IMG/VR virus record: IMGVR_UViG_3300035666_000005 | Location: 1-64,000 of that record | Direction: 5' to 3' (one strand) | Length of the DNA: 64,000 nucleotides | Origin: a virus | Part shown: piece after piece, positions 1-9,004 of the stretch | Layout of the letters: each line of letters opens with the position of its first letter | How positions within the stretch are numbered: the stretch's first letter is position 1 | The notes under the pieces: model-generated | The model's database searches: none | What the model was told of the DNA's origin: nothing | What the model saw: only the letters and a program-made list of their open reading frames with translations | Translations under genes and position numbers: made by a program

Positions 1-349
1 TATGTTCATTTAAAAGATATTTAAGAAGAAAAATACAATTACCAAAACGATCACATGATTCCCAATCACGAGCGTTCATATTTTCTTCATAGTATTCTTC
101 GTTTTCTTCTAACTTATTCTTGAGTTCAGTAATCTTACCTTCTGACAAATTCATACGAATAAAATCTAGAACATGTTCGGCCTCTTGATCTGTTAAATGA
201 AATTCAACTCTTCCGCCATCAAATTTTGAACCATAATTAAATTCAAATTTAATTTGAACATCAGGATGAAAAGATTCAAAAGTCTTATCACTAAAATCAG
301 AAAAATATTCTGCACGTTCTTCTTGTTTAGGTTGGGTTATTTTTTTCAT
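1..349 (-). CDS. Hypothetical protein, 3'-truncated at window edge
   Basis: ATG at 349 overlaps the stop of the upstream gene; reads MKKITQPKQEERAEYFSDF... open to position 1 (not in the ORF track). Confidence 0.7.
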   Translation of the reverse strand, partial: MKKITQPKQEERAEYFSDFSDKTFESFHPDVQIKFEFNYGSKFDGGRVEFHLTDQEAEHVLDFIRMNLSEGKITELKNKLEENEEYYEENMNARDWESCDRFGNCIFLLKYLLNEH

Positions 350-930
350 AGAAAATACTGAAAGTATTTACTATTTATATCAAAATATTCATCAACTGTC
401 AAGAATTTTGTCGGCATATTATTATAAATTTTTGGATTTTCATATGGCTTCGGATACCAAGCCTTATTAACAAAAGCATAAGTATAAGAAAAAAGATATG
501 AATTTGCCTTTTGTATATATTGTTTTTTATTAAAACGAATTTTGTATTTTTGCATTTTTGCAACGGTTCTTTTTTCACAATCAATCTCAAGATTGATCGC
601 ATTTTTGAAACCTTTTTCTAAAGTTTTTTTTGATAAGTTTTTACCATGAATCCAGTCTTCAACAATAAATAAAGAATCTTTATCTGGAATCCAAACTAGT
701 GGGCCCTCCAACATTTGATCCAAGTGACAAGATTCGTGAACAAGAATATCAAGCCAGTCCTGCATTTTTTCTTTTTTTGTGGCAACTGCAAGAGTTTGTT
801 CATCAAAGTACCCACTACAAGGAATATTTTCTTGATCAACTTGGTCTGTATATTCTAAACGAAAATTAATCCCATGACTAATACATTGGGTCATGATATC
901 TGATATTAATTTTTGTATATTTTTATTCAT
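346..930 (-). CDS. HExxH zincin-like metalloprotein
   Basis: LVHESCHLDQ motif plus downstream E (LEIDCE). Confidence 0.6.
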   Translation of the reverse strand: MNKNIQKLISDIMTQCISHGINFRLEYTDQVDQENIPCSGYFDEQTLAVATKKEKMQDWLDILVHESCHLDQMLEGPLVWIPDKDSLFIVEDWIHGKNLSKKTLEKGFKNAINLEIDCEKRTVAKMQKYKIRFNKKQYIQKANSYLFSYTYAFVNKAWYPKPYENPKIYNNMPTKFLTVDEYFDINSKYFQYFL

Positions 931-1715
931 CGTATTCTATATGTTGTTAAGCGACCGTCACGAATGATTGCGTAGTCTTTAAGATTAGTGTCAAGATTCC
1001 AGCTTTCGTATTCAGTGTTTAATGCTGTAGCGGTTGGCTCTGGAACATAACTATGCCCAAAAACCTGCTTACCGATATCAGGTGACGCATGAAATTCATT
1101 ATAGTAATCAAGCCACAAAAGTCCGCCAGTATTGTCTTGCCCCCCACGAGCAACCCCAACAGCAGAAATCAATGCGTTCTGACGGTAAGCAACATTTCTA
1201 AAGTTAAGCCAAACATCTGGTATCACCTCATCAATTACTTGATTTACGGTGTGACCATATGGAATTTGACGATTAATCATTCCAGCATGGGAAAAAATCC
1301 ATCCCTGCGAACGATGTGCAATTTTAAAGTTTTTTACAAACCAGTCATCTTTAAGACCTTTATCGTAAAAGACTTGACGGAAAGTACCAATTTTACTTTT
1401 AGTTACCCCTGAACACCAATAGGTTACGCTTGGCGCAACACTAGTATAGCCACCTTTTTTATTATTATAAATATAAGCAAGATCATGGTTTCCGACAAGA
1501 AAAACCATTTTACCAGTTTTTTCATTTTCCCAAACAAGATCACGTAAAAATAAGCAAGTATCTTTAAAACTTGCAACTTTTGGGGGCTCGTAAAAAGAAT
1601 CTAGCCAATCCCCAAGAAAGATAATCTCATCAAACGATTCTAACTTCTCAAGTTGAAAAATCTTTTTAAGTCCAGCTATATCTTGATGAATATCTGGTAT
1701 TATAAGAGTTTTCAT
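927..1715 (-). CDS. Calcineurin-like metallophosphoesterase
   Basis: DIH, GDWLD, GNHD, SHAG, GHS motifs. Confidence 0.85.
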   Translation of the reverse strand: MKTLIIPDIHQDIAGLKKIFQLEKLESFDEIIFLGDWLDSFYEPPKVASFKDTCLFLRDLVWENEKTGKMVFLVGNHDLAYIYNNKKGGYTSVAPSVTYWCSGVTKSKIGTFRQVFYDKGLKDDWFVKNFKIAHRSQGWIFSHAGMINRQIPYGHTVNQVIDEVIPDVWLNFRNVAYRQNALISAVGVARGGQDNTGGLLWLDYYNEFHASPDIGKQVFGHSYVPEPTATALNTEYESWNLDTNLKDYAIIRDGRLTTYRIR

Positions 1716-1717
1716 GG

Positions 1718-2374
1718 TTAAATGTAGTTTAGTCTGATTTCTGCGTTTTCGTCAATTGTTATGTATGAACACAATTTTCTCTCACAGAAAGACCCCGTAT
1801 TAACGTAACATCCTTCTATAGCTGGAAAATGCGAATGTCCACATATTATATAGTCTTTTTTATTTAATGTACAATACTTTTTTGCATTATCTTTATAATA
1901 AGTTGCCTTACAAACTAATTTGTGGCAAGAATGGCGAACCCAACGAGCTAGATCAGGAAAATTTGTTCTCAGCCAGTAATAAAAATCAGTTGTTAAATCC
2001 GTTCTCCAACGCTTTGTCGAGACAAAAAAATCAAAAATATCACCATGTAAAAAAATGAACTTTTTCCCATTAATTGTTTCTTCATGCTCCAAATCAGTTT
2101 TGATTCCCAAAAGATGGGTCATGTGTTCCATATTGAGAAAACAATGGTTACCTAGCAAATATATTACTTCGCATTTTTTACTAACACTACGTATAGTAGA
2201 TAAAACACGCCAATGATTTTTCTTTAATCTCGAAAGATGTTTAGAATCGAAAAGATCGCCTACAATAATTATTTTTTCGGCTTTAACCTTTCTTAAAACG
2301 TTAATTACTTTTTTGGGCTGACAATCAGGATCGCCAAGATGAATATCAGAGAATGCCAATATTTTACATTGCAT
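1718..2374 (-). CDS. LpxH-like (UDP-2,3-diacylglucosamine hydrolase family) metallophosphoesterase
   Basis: SDIHLG, GDLFD, GNH, HGDIFD, GHSH, YVNTGSF motifs. Confidence 0.75.
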   Translation of the reverse strand: MQCKILAFSDIHLGDPDCQPKKVINVLRKVKAEKIIIVGDLFDSKHLSRLKKNHWRVLSTIRSVSKKCEVIYLLGNHCFLNMEHMTHLLGIKTDLEHEETINGKKFIFLHGDIFDFFVSTKRWRTDLTTDFYYWLRTNFPDLARWVRHSCHKLVCKATYYKDNAKKYCTLNKKDYIICGHSHFPAIEGCYVNTGSFCERKLCSYITIDENAEIRLNYI

Positions 2375-2387
2375 TCATATAATTACA

Positions 2388-2783
2388 TCAATCTTTATCC
2401 CAAAGGAATATAACATTTTCGTAATGTGAGAAATCTTTTTCTAATCCAGGCTTTAAAACTTGTTCCCATATTTTATATCTATTGGCTAGTCCACCACCTA
2501 ATTGTGAAATATAATAAATTTTATCAGGATTTTTTTCAATAATCAGTTGTAACTCAATAGATTGAACGGTAAAATCAATCCGGTAACTTTCAGGGCGAAA
2601 AAAGGATTCATCCATATTATCTGGATTTTTTTTAGTTATAAACCCATATGTTTGTGGGTGATCTCTTAAAGCTGCCGCACCACCATAACCTACACGACGA
2701 AGATTATCACCAAAGACAAATACAGCATTCGGATTTTTGTCTAAAAAATCTTTTGTAACAATAAAATTTTCGTATTTAGCCAT
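2388..2783 (-). CDS. Phage protein with macrodomain-like FVFGDN..G.GGAA motif
   Basis: VFVFGDNLRRVGYGGAAALR and LGGGLA motifs; start set at MAKY. Confidence 0.55.
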   Translation of the reverse strand: MAKYENFIVTKDFLDKNPNAVFVFGDNLRRVGYGGAAALRDHPQTYGFITKKNPDNMDESFFRPESYRIDFTVQSIELQLIIEKNPDKIYYISQLGGGLANRYKIWEQVLKPGLEKDFSHYENVIFLWDKD

Positions 2784-2784
2784 C

Positions 2785-3168
2785 TTACCCAAGTCCAAAG
2801 TTAATTACACCTTTAAATTTTTCTGGCTTTTTTATTTCTTTCCATTTCATGGTTTTAAAATCTGCCTCGAACCATGACTCTTCAAATTCTTCGGACATAG
2901 CATAAACGCCTTCAAAAACTTTTTCAATTATTAAATATTTATACAAGCCGCCCTCATCAAGACCATTGATTCCAAATTTTTCTATAAAATGTAGAGCATC
3001 GCTATATCGAGTATAAAAACCAATGCACCGACAACGCTCTCCAGATTTTTCTGGAACCATTGTAATTGTATAAATTGATTCTGATTTATTATCAAATTGA
3101 CGAGTTTCTAAAAGCGTATTGTGATTATAAAGAACTTCGTACTTTGGAGAATCTTCACTCATGTCCAA
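2785..3168 (-). CDS. Hypothetical protein
   Basis: 127-aa ORF tightly packed in operon. Confidence 0.6.
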   Translation of the reverse strand: MDMSEDSPKYEVLYNHNTLLETRQFDNKSESIYTITMVPEKSGERCRCIGFYTRYSDALHFIEKFGINGLDEGGLYKYLIIEKVFEGVYAMSEEFEESWFEADFKTMKWKEIKKPEKFKGVINFGLG

Positions 3169-3815
3169 AAATATTCTCTATATTTTACAATTTCTGTCAA
3201 GATCTTTGTATCGCTTTTATTAATTAAGGTTTCGATACGATGAACTTCTGCGTAGTCTTGTTCATATGAGTCCCGTCTTACTTCTGTAAGACGCTTTGCA
3301 GTTAGCGGTGGATATGCAGCGTCAAGATCCTTTTGAAGTTTAGGTCTTTCTATAGTCAAATAAGCGTAAGCTTTTTCAAGCCATTTTGCAAACTTTGAGC
3401 ACTCCTGTCCAGAAGCTTCCCAATCTACAATTCCATTTTTATACTCATCTTCATAGAAGCCTTTTACGAACGCAAAATTAACGTCTTCAATTAGAACGCA
3501 TACATCAGCCCATGTATTAGGAATCGCGGCACGATATTTTTTATTTTTTGGATTAAAAAAGCATTTAAATTTATACCAACCATCACGGATTTGGTATGGA
3601 ACTTTATAATAGAAATTTTTTTTGAACATTAGCCATTTTAGCCAAATATTCAAATTAAACCAGGTTTTCCAAGTAGATTTGTATTCAAGAGGATCAATAA
3701 TATTGATTTTTTTAGTACTCGCGCCAAAGTCTTTAACATAAGTTTTCATTTTCTCAATTTTACGAGTTGGCTTAGTTACTTTATTTGGTTTAATTTTTAC
3801 CTGTTTGTTTTTCAT
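3159..3815 (-). CDS. Hypothetical protein
   Basis: 218-aa ORF with overlapping start/stop junctions. Confidence 0.65.
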   Translation of the reverse strand: MKNKQVKIKPNKVTKPTRKIEKMKTYVKDFGASTKKINIIDPLEYKSTWKTWFNLNIWLKWLMFKKNFYYKVPYQIRDGWYKFKCFFNPKNKKYRAAIPNTWADVCVLIEDVNFAFVKGFYEDEYKNGIVDWEASGQECSKFAKWLEKAYAYLTIERPKLQKDLDAAYPPLTAKRLTEVRRDSYEQDYAEVHRIETLINKSDTKILTEIVKYREYFWT

Positions 3816-4969
3816 GGCATAAATCCTATCTTTGGTTTTTCTAAACTTTTAATATTACTAATAAGTTCTTCATCACTTTTTGCATAATAAATATCTGCAA
3901 GAGTCATATTATCTTCTGCTTTGATATCAATGTCAAGTTTTTTAATAAGTTTTGCCGCTTGTTTTTCGTTAAGACCTTGGAATGAATACTCAGCTTTCAA
4001 GCGACCTTTTCTTAGAAGTGCTTCATCAATATCTTGGCGGTCACAGTTATAGGTGACAATCACATTCAATTTAAGAACGTCGCCCAGAATACCATCAGTC
4101 ATGTTTAGAAGAGTTGATACAAGAGAGGGTTGGTCTGAAAGATGACGCTTGGTAAGTGCTTTTTCGGCATCTTCAAGAATCATAACACAATCAGTTTTTT
4201 TCTTCAGTAGGCTTAAGATCGACGGGTTAGTAATTTCATCAACAAAAGAAGTTGGAAAGAAAATAACGTCTTTCTTAAGAATTGATGCCAAGTATCTTAT
4301 GTAAGTTGTTTTTCCAGTCCCTGGTCTACCATGAAGCATGTACAGTCCAGATGAATTTTCATGAAGTGATTTAATCATTTTTTCACTTACTGATTCAAAG
4401 CCTTCTCCGTAGTTCAATCCAATATCAAAAGTTTCTGGTAAGTTAATATTGAATTTTGAAAAATTAAAATTACCATAGTCTTGGTTTACCATGAAAATAT
4501 TAGGACGTTTATCTGTATCCATAAACTCTCTAAATTCTTCATCCACACATTTTTTGCTGGTAGGATAATAAAACATTAATTTGCATTTATCTTTATCCCG
4601 CCCACTTTCAGAATTAATTTGTATAAAATTATCTTTATAGAAGTAAATTGAACCGTCTTCATAATCAAAGCTAGGAAGAATAACTTCCCCGCCAATCATG
4701 AATGGTTCTTCGCCTTCTTCTTGTTCTAATTCTTCGATAGTTTTTGAAATTAGAACTTCTTCGCCAATTTGAACAAGTTGACCGCCATTTTTATTAAGAT
4801 AGTCAATAATTTTATCTTTAAAGAAATTTTCTCTATATCTTTTATATGATGGCATGTCCCCCTCATACAAGGAAGTAATTAAAGCGATTGGATTGAGGAA
4901 TTCAGAATGAAATAATCCAGCTAGAGTTAATTCGGGTAATTTAGATTTTGGGATTCTATAAGAGTTCAT
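3812..4969 (-). CDS. AAA+ ATPase (BCS1-like)
   Basis: Walker A GRPGTGKT, Walker B MILEDAE, LLNMTDG, IDEALLRKGRL, C-terminal KIGF. Confidence 0.85.
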   Translation of the reverse strand: MNSYRIPKSKLPELTLAGLFHSEFLNPIALITSLYEGDMPSYKRYRENFFKDKIIDYLNKNGGQLVQIGEEVLISKTIEELEQEEGEEPFMIGGEVILPSFDYEDGSIYFYKDNFIQINSESGRDKDKCKLMFYYPTSKKCVDEEFREFMDTDKRPNIFMVNQDYGNFNFSKFNINLPETFDIGLNYGEGFESVSEKMIKSLHENSSGLYMLHGRPGTGKTTYIRYLASILKKDVIFFPTSFVDEITNPSILSLLKKKTDCVMILEDAEKALTKRHLSDQPSLVSTLLNMTDGILGDVLKLNVIVTYNCDRQDIDEALLRKGRLKAEYSFQGLNEKQAAKLIKKLDIDIKAEDNMTLADIYYAKSDEELISNIKSLEKPKIGFMP

Positions 4970-4970
4970 A

Positions 4971-5159
4971 TTAAAAAGGATCGAAACCAAATTTTAAAGA
5001 AAATGCTTGTTCCACTAAAGCTTTTTTATGCAGCTTTGAGTTTAATGCAAGGTATAAACTATTTTCAAATTCACGATTTTGATCTTTTTCAAAAACATGA
5101 ACAAGTATTTCTGATAATCTTTTAATCTCTTTTTTTGTTGGTTTTTTAAATTTGCTCAT
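4971..5159 (-). CDS. Small hypothetical protein
   Basis: 62-aa ORF downstream of a sigma70-like promoter. Confidence 0.5.
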   Translation of the reverse strand: MSKFKKPTKKEIKRLSEILVHVFEKDQNREFENSLYLALNSKLHKKALVEQAFSLKFGFDPF

Positions 5160-5189
5160 AATAGAGAACTTGCTTCACACGCTTTATTT

Positions 5190-5217
5190 ATTATAGCTAT
5201 ATTTAGTAATTAATCAA
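5190..5217 (-). promoter_or_regulatory. sigma70-like promoter
   Basis: TTGATT-N16-TATAAT. Confidence 0.55.
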
Positions 5218-5225
5218 GAAGAAAG

Positions 5226-5307
5226 TGCCCAAAGAGGGACTTGAACCCCCATTCCTTACGGAAACAGATCCTAAGTCTGTCGCGTCTGCCAATTTCGCCA
5301 TTTGGGC
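5226..5307 (-). tRNA. tRNA-Leu(TAG)
   Basis: Cloverleaf GCCCAAA/TTTGGGC, anticodon arm ACAGA-CTTAGGA-TCTGT, long variable arm, GTTCAAG T-loop; CCA not encoded. Confidence 0.95.
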
Positions 5308-5310
5308 AAA

Positions 5311-5383
5311 TGGAGGTGACAGGGCTCGAACCTGCTACCTTGACCTTGCAAAGGTCCTGCTCTACCAGATGAGCTACACCCCC
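5311..5383 (-). tRNA. tRNA-Ala(TGC)
   Basis: Acceptor GGGGGTG/CACCTCC with G3:U70, loop TTTGCAA, TTCGAGC T-loop. Confidence 0.95.
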
Positions 5384-5470
5384 TTAAATGTGAGCAGTTT
5401 ACCCGCGACTGCTCTGGAAAAACCACAACCATCGGAAAGTCGGCCCCTTTTACGAGATAATCCCAAATCA

Positions 5471-5541
5471 TAGGGAGTAATGGAGTCGAACCATTCACCT
5501 ACGGATGTAAACCGTATGTTTTACCGATAAACTAACTCCCC
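5471..5541 (-). tRNA. tRNA-Val(TAC)
   Basis: Acceptor GGGGAGT/ACTCCCT, anticodon arm TACGG-TTTACAT-CCGTA, GTTCGAC T-loop. Confidence 0.93.
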
Positions 5542-5559
5542 AATTAAAATTTAAAAGAA

Positions 5560-5829
5560 CTAATTTTTTCTAAATTTAAACCATGCGTGAACCAATATTA
5601 TACACATTACTAACCCAACTGAGTAATTTGCAAACCACCAAATTCCAAATTGAGTAAAGAACATGTATATCATTCCAGATATATAACCACAAATTGACAT
5701 TAATATCAATGCTAAAGATACATCTTTAGATGATTGATTTTTAAAAATTTTAAGAATTTGTGGTATGTAACAAAACATAAAACTAATTGTCATTATTATT
5801 CCAAATATTTGTGCCAATGTTTCTTTCAT
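5560..5829 (-). CDS. SemiSWEET / PQ-loop membrane transporter
   Basis: 89 aa, three hydrophobic helices, YIPQILKIFKNQSSKDVSL signature. Confidence 0.8.
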   Translation of the reverse strand: MKETLAQIFGIIMTISFMFCYIPQILKIFKNQSSKDVSLALILMSICGYISGMIYMFFTQFGIWWFANYSVGLVMCIILVHAWFKFRKN

Positions 5830-6248
5830 AAGTAAATTCGGGGTAATTTAAATTTTTTTTCAAACCATTTTATAAGTTTCTTTCTTTCACTTTTTAAGTA
5901 AGCAAAACGATACTGCCCAAATATTTTTCTCATGCCCCAAGCGTCCCATTCGCGTTTTGCCCAATGTTCAACCCAATTTTCGGCTTTAAAAGATTTAATA
6001 GCGGAATAATCATGTTCTTTGTGGAATTTTGTCCACAACCCTTTTCTAACACAGTAAATATGCCCTAATTCATGAAATACTGCCTCGGCCATTCCCTTTC
6101 TAGGTAATTTTTTATCTATATAAATAATTTCTTTTTCTACATCTACTTCTCCATCTAATTCTTTATTAAAACGAGTACGAAATACAACTTTAACCTCGTA
6201 TTGTAGGCAAATTTGTCGTAAAAAACGTATTGTTTTTTCTCTATTCAT
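5826..6248 (-). CDS. ImmA/IrrE-like HExxH metallopeptidase
   Basis: IIYID...FHELGH...E motif. Confidence 0.6.
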   Translation of the reverse strand: MNREKTIRFLRQICLQYEVKVVFRTRFNKELDGEVDVEKEIIYIDKKLPRKGMAEAVFHELGHIYCVRKGLWTKFHKEHDYSAIKSFKAENWVEHWAKREWDAWGMRKIFGQYRFAYLKSERKKLIKWFEKKFKLPRIYL

Positions 6249-6289
6249 TTTATTATTTTAATTTTTAAAATATAAACTATCCATTTTAT

Positions 6290-6298
6290 GTGTAAATA
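6290..6298 (+). promoter_or_regulatory. Putative phage late promoter (RTGTAA motif)
   Basis: GTGTAAATA just upstream of ORF; motif recurs at about 12 gene starts. Confidence 0.6.
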
Positions 6299-6304
6299 AT
6301 GTTA

Positions 6305-6643
6305 ATGAATCCGTCTCTTATTAAAACAGAATATTTAGCAACAGGCCAAACCGCTCCTTTCACTGGTCAATGGGTTAATACCGCCCTCTGTAAAAACGGT
6401 TTTATTGTAGTATATGCTAGCGGTTCGAGCGTTAGCATTGATTTACAAGCTAAGACAGAATTAAATCAAAACCCTATGTTTTTAGAGGGTGGCTCAGCTG
6501 AAGCCGTATCTTTTTATACAGCTACGGGAATAGGTGCTGGTTATGGAGACCCAATCTTTTTTGACTCGCCAATCGCGAAAATTAGATTAGCAGCTACAGC
6601 TGGTAATGCCCCAGTATTTGCTTATATAACTTACCAAAATTAA
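6305..6643 (+). CDS. Hypothetical beta-rich protein, possibly virion-associated
   Basis: Ala/Gly/Thr-rich, follows RTGTAA motif; start set at MNPSL. Confidence 0.6.
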   Translation: MNPSLIKTEYLATGQTAPFTGQWVNTALCKNGFIVVYASGSSVSIDLQAKTELNQNPMFLEGGSAEAVSFYTATGIGAGYGDPIFFDSPIAKIRLAATAGNAPVFAYITYQN

Positions 6644-6858
6644 TCATTAAGTTCTTCTTCGCGTTTGGGTCGCGGTTTAAATCCAGTTTTTCTTTTATTT
6701 ATATAGGCCATATTTGGCTCTAATTTATATTCGGGATTATCTGAATGGGATTGAGAATCTTCAACTGTCCACATCCCCATATAAGTCCACTTCATTTTTT
6801 TATCAAGCTTTTTCCAAAGCTCGCTTGTCTTTAACGATTGAAAAGAAGGCCAGTACAT
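6640..6858 (-). CDS. Hypothetical protein
   Basis: 72-aa ORF in operon with 6866..7354. Confidence 0.55.
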   Translation of the reverse strand: MYWPSFQSLKTSELWKKLDKKMKWTYMGMWTVEDSQSHSDNPEYKLEPNMAYINKRKTGFKPRPKREEELND

Positions 6859-6865
6859 ACTCTTA

Positions 6866-7354
6866 TTATGTTAAAAATTTTTTAAAAAGTCCAGTCTTTT
6901 TTTTATTTTCACTTTCAATAAAGATATTAAAATAATCAAAAATACCTTTGTTCCAGATTAGTAAGTATTGAAAAACTTCGATTGCTGGCATCATGCCCAT
7001 ACCCATTATTTCTTCATTAATAATACGCTCATGCTCTTCAAAATTATCCATAAAATCATATAGATAATCAAGAACTTTTTGCTTGTCTTCGAAAACAGCA
7101 GAATCAACCATTACTTCTGAAAACCATTGATTTTCTATTTTTTTCTTTGAGGATTTGAAAACACTAGTAAAAACTATATATTGTTTAGATTCCTGTAAAT
7201 ATACTCCAAAAATAATATAGAATAAATTTTTAGTTTTACGTTTATTAAACTTTTTAGAAACATCTGAAACCAGACGTTTAGGAACCGCACCAAACATTAC
7301 ATCTAAGTTAAGACCATCTAATTGTTCTACATTCAAAAGTTGTTGCAAGTCCAT
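6866..7354 (-). CDS. Hypothetical protein
   Basis: 162-aa ORF. Confidence 0.65.
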   Translation of the reverse strand: MDLQQLLNVEQLDGLNLDVMFGAVPKRLVSDVSKKFNKRKTKNLFYIIFGVYLQESKQYIVFTSVFKSSKKKIENQWFSEVMVDSAVFEDKQKVLDYLYDFMDNFEEHERIINEEIMGMGMMPAIEVFQYLLIWNKGIFDYFNIFIESENKKKTGLFKKFLT

Positions 7355-7399
7355 GATTATAAATTATTATAGTAATAATATAATTAAATATATAAAAAA

Positions 7400-7408
7400 G
7401 TGTAATTC
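7400..7408 (+). promoter_or_regulatory. Putative phage late promoter
   Basis: GTGTAATTC, 8 nt between hexamer and ATG at 7414. Confidence 0.6.
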
Positions 7409-7413
7409 ATTAT

Positions 7414-8322
7414 ATGAAAGAAAACTTACTACTTCCTGGAGATGAAATAAAATATACTGGAGATATCCAAACTTTATCAGATATTATTGATTGGGGTATA
7501 ATAGATTTTGACATACCAAAACTATGGAATAAAAATAAAGGAGAAAATATTTCTGTAATGGTTTGTGATACTGGAATTACAGATCATGAAGATTTAAAAG
7601 AAAATATTGATCATGATAAAGCTGCTAGTTTTATTGATAACGAAGATTATATTGATCATCAAGGACATGGAACTTGCGTTGCCGGTGTAATTGCTGCAAA
7701 AGATTCTGGATTCGGAACGGTTGGTGTCGCCCCACGTTGTAAAATTATACCAGTAAAATCTTTATCAAATAAAGGCTTTGCTACAAATAGAAGTTTAGAA
7801 AAAAGTTTAGAATATGCAATTAATATAAAACCAGATATTGTTAATATGTCTTTAGGTGGGCAATATGCACAAGGTGATATTTTTCACGGATTTTTAAAAG
7901 AATTAGAAGCGTTAAATATTCCTGTTATATGTGCCATGGGGAATTATGGAGAAAATTATTCATGTTTTCCTGCTGATTATCCAGAAACAATCGGGGTGAC
8001 TTCTTATAGAAAAGATCGGAATATATCTAATTTTTCTTCTAGAAGTAATGATGCTGATTTTGCTCTTCCAGGAGAAGATATTTTAACCACAAATTTAAAT
8101 AATCAATATTCTATTGTTAATGGAACAAGTTTTGCCGCACCATTTTTATCTGGACTGGTGGCTATTATTCTATCAGAAGCCAAGAAAAAAAATATAGTAT
8201 ATACAACAAAACAAATAAAAGAACTTTTAATACAAACCTGTAAAGATTATGGGCCAATTGGTAAAGATCGTCTTTTTGGGTATGGTATTATAGATGTGAA
8301 CAATTTAGAAAAATTAATCTAA
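7414..8322 (+). CDS. S8 subtilisin-family serine protease
   Basis: Catalytic triad motifs DTG, HGTCVAG, GTSFAAP; NMSLGG; no signal or pro-peptide. Confidence 0.92.
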   Translation: MKENLLLPGDEIKYTGDIQTLSDIIDWGIIDFDIPKLWNKNKGENISVMVCDTGITDHEDLKENIDHDKAASFIDNEDYIDHQGHGTCVAGVIAAKDSGFGTVGVAPRCKIIPVKSLSNKGFATNRSLEKSLEYAINIKPDIVNMSLGGQYAQGDIFHGFLKELEALNIPVICAMGNYGENYSCFPADYPETIGVTSYRKDRNISNFSSRSNDADFALPGEDILTTNLNNQYSIVNGTSFAAPFLSGLVAIILSEAKKKNIVYTTKQIKELLIQTCKDYGPIGKDRLFGYGIIDVNNLEKLI

Positions 8323-8969
8323 TTGCACCAATTTAAAGCTTTGCTGGTATTGGGAAAATAATCTATAAATATTTTTTTAATTTCTAGAGCTATTTCTCTA
8401 TGTTCTTTTTGTGTATCTTCATTCGCCCTTAAATCTATATAATGAATCCAAGAACGGATTGTACCTGACATATAGAGTGTTGTTTGCGTATTTAAAGGCA
8501 ATAACATTCTAGCACATTCTTTTGCAACTCCTTTTGCAATTAATTTATTATAAATATAAACGCACTGATTTTGCGCTTGTTCAATTTCTTCTTTTAGTTC
8601 GAGATAACTTCCAATATCAATTGGTTCGTCTCCGACTTGTCGATTTGTTTTACCCTGCTTTCTAAGCTCGATATATTCTAATTCTGTTGCCGCAGAATAT
8701 CTTTGACTAAATTCCTGAAAAGAAAAACTTCTATGTCGCAAAATTTGGGCGGCAATCGCACGACTTGTCTTAATTTCTACGGTCATAGAAACCATCTCAA
8801 ATGGACTCCAATGCCTATGTTTAATAAGATATTCTAAAAGTTTGGGTGCGGTTTCTGTATTTAGTTGGTTGGTTGGGTTGCTTACTCTCGCACAATAAGA
8901 GATTAATTCTTCGGGATTATTAATACCAGTAACGCATGGGTTTGATAAAGAAATTAACTTAACATTCAT
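8319..8969 (-). CDS. thyX: Flavin-dependent thymidylate synthase
   Basis: HWSPFE, QILRHRSFSFQEFSQRY, ECARMLLP, TQKEHR. Confidence 0.96.
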   Translation of the reverse strand: MNVKLISLSNPCVTGINNPEELISYCARVSNPTNQLNTETAPKLLEYLIKHRHWSPFEMVSMTVEIKTSRAIAAQILRHRSFSFQEFSQRYSAATELEYIELRKQGKTNRQVGDEPIDIGSYLELKEEIEQAQNQCVYIYNKLIAKGVAKECARMLLPLNTQTTLYMSGTIRSWIHYIDLRANEDTQKEHREIALEIKKIFIDYFPNTSKALNWCN

Positions 8970-8975
8970 TAAGTA

Positions 8976-9004
8976 ATGATATAATTAATTGAATTAAAAT
9001 TCAA
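8976..9004 (-). promoter_or_regulatory. sigma70-like promoter of thyX
   Basis: TTGAAT-N17-TATCAT, ATG 7 nt downstream. Confidence 0.65.

Noticed and set aside
5384-5470. tmRNA or a fourth tRNA (GGGGCCGAC start on the minus strand)
   Set aside because: Too short, no T-loop and no matching 3' acceptor strand; kept only as an unexplained structured spacer
5225-5498. 82-aa and 75-aa ORFs
   Set aside because: They overlap well-formed tRNA genes
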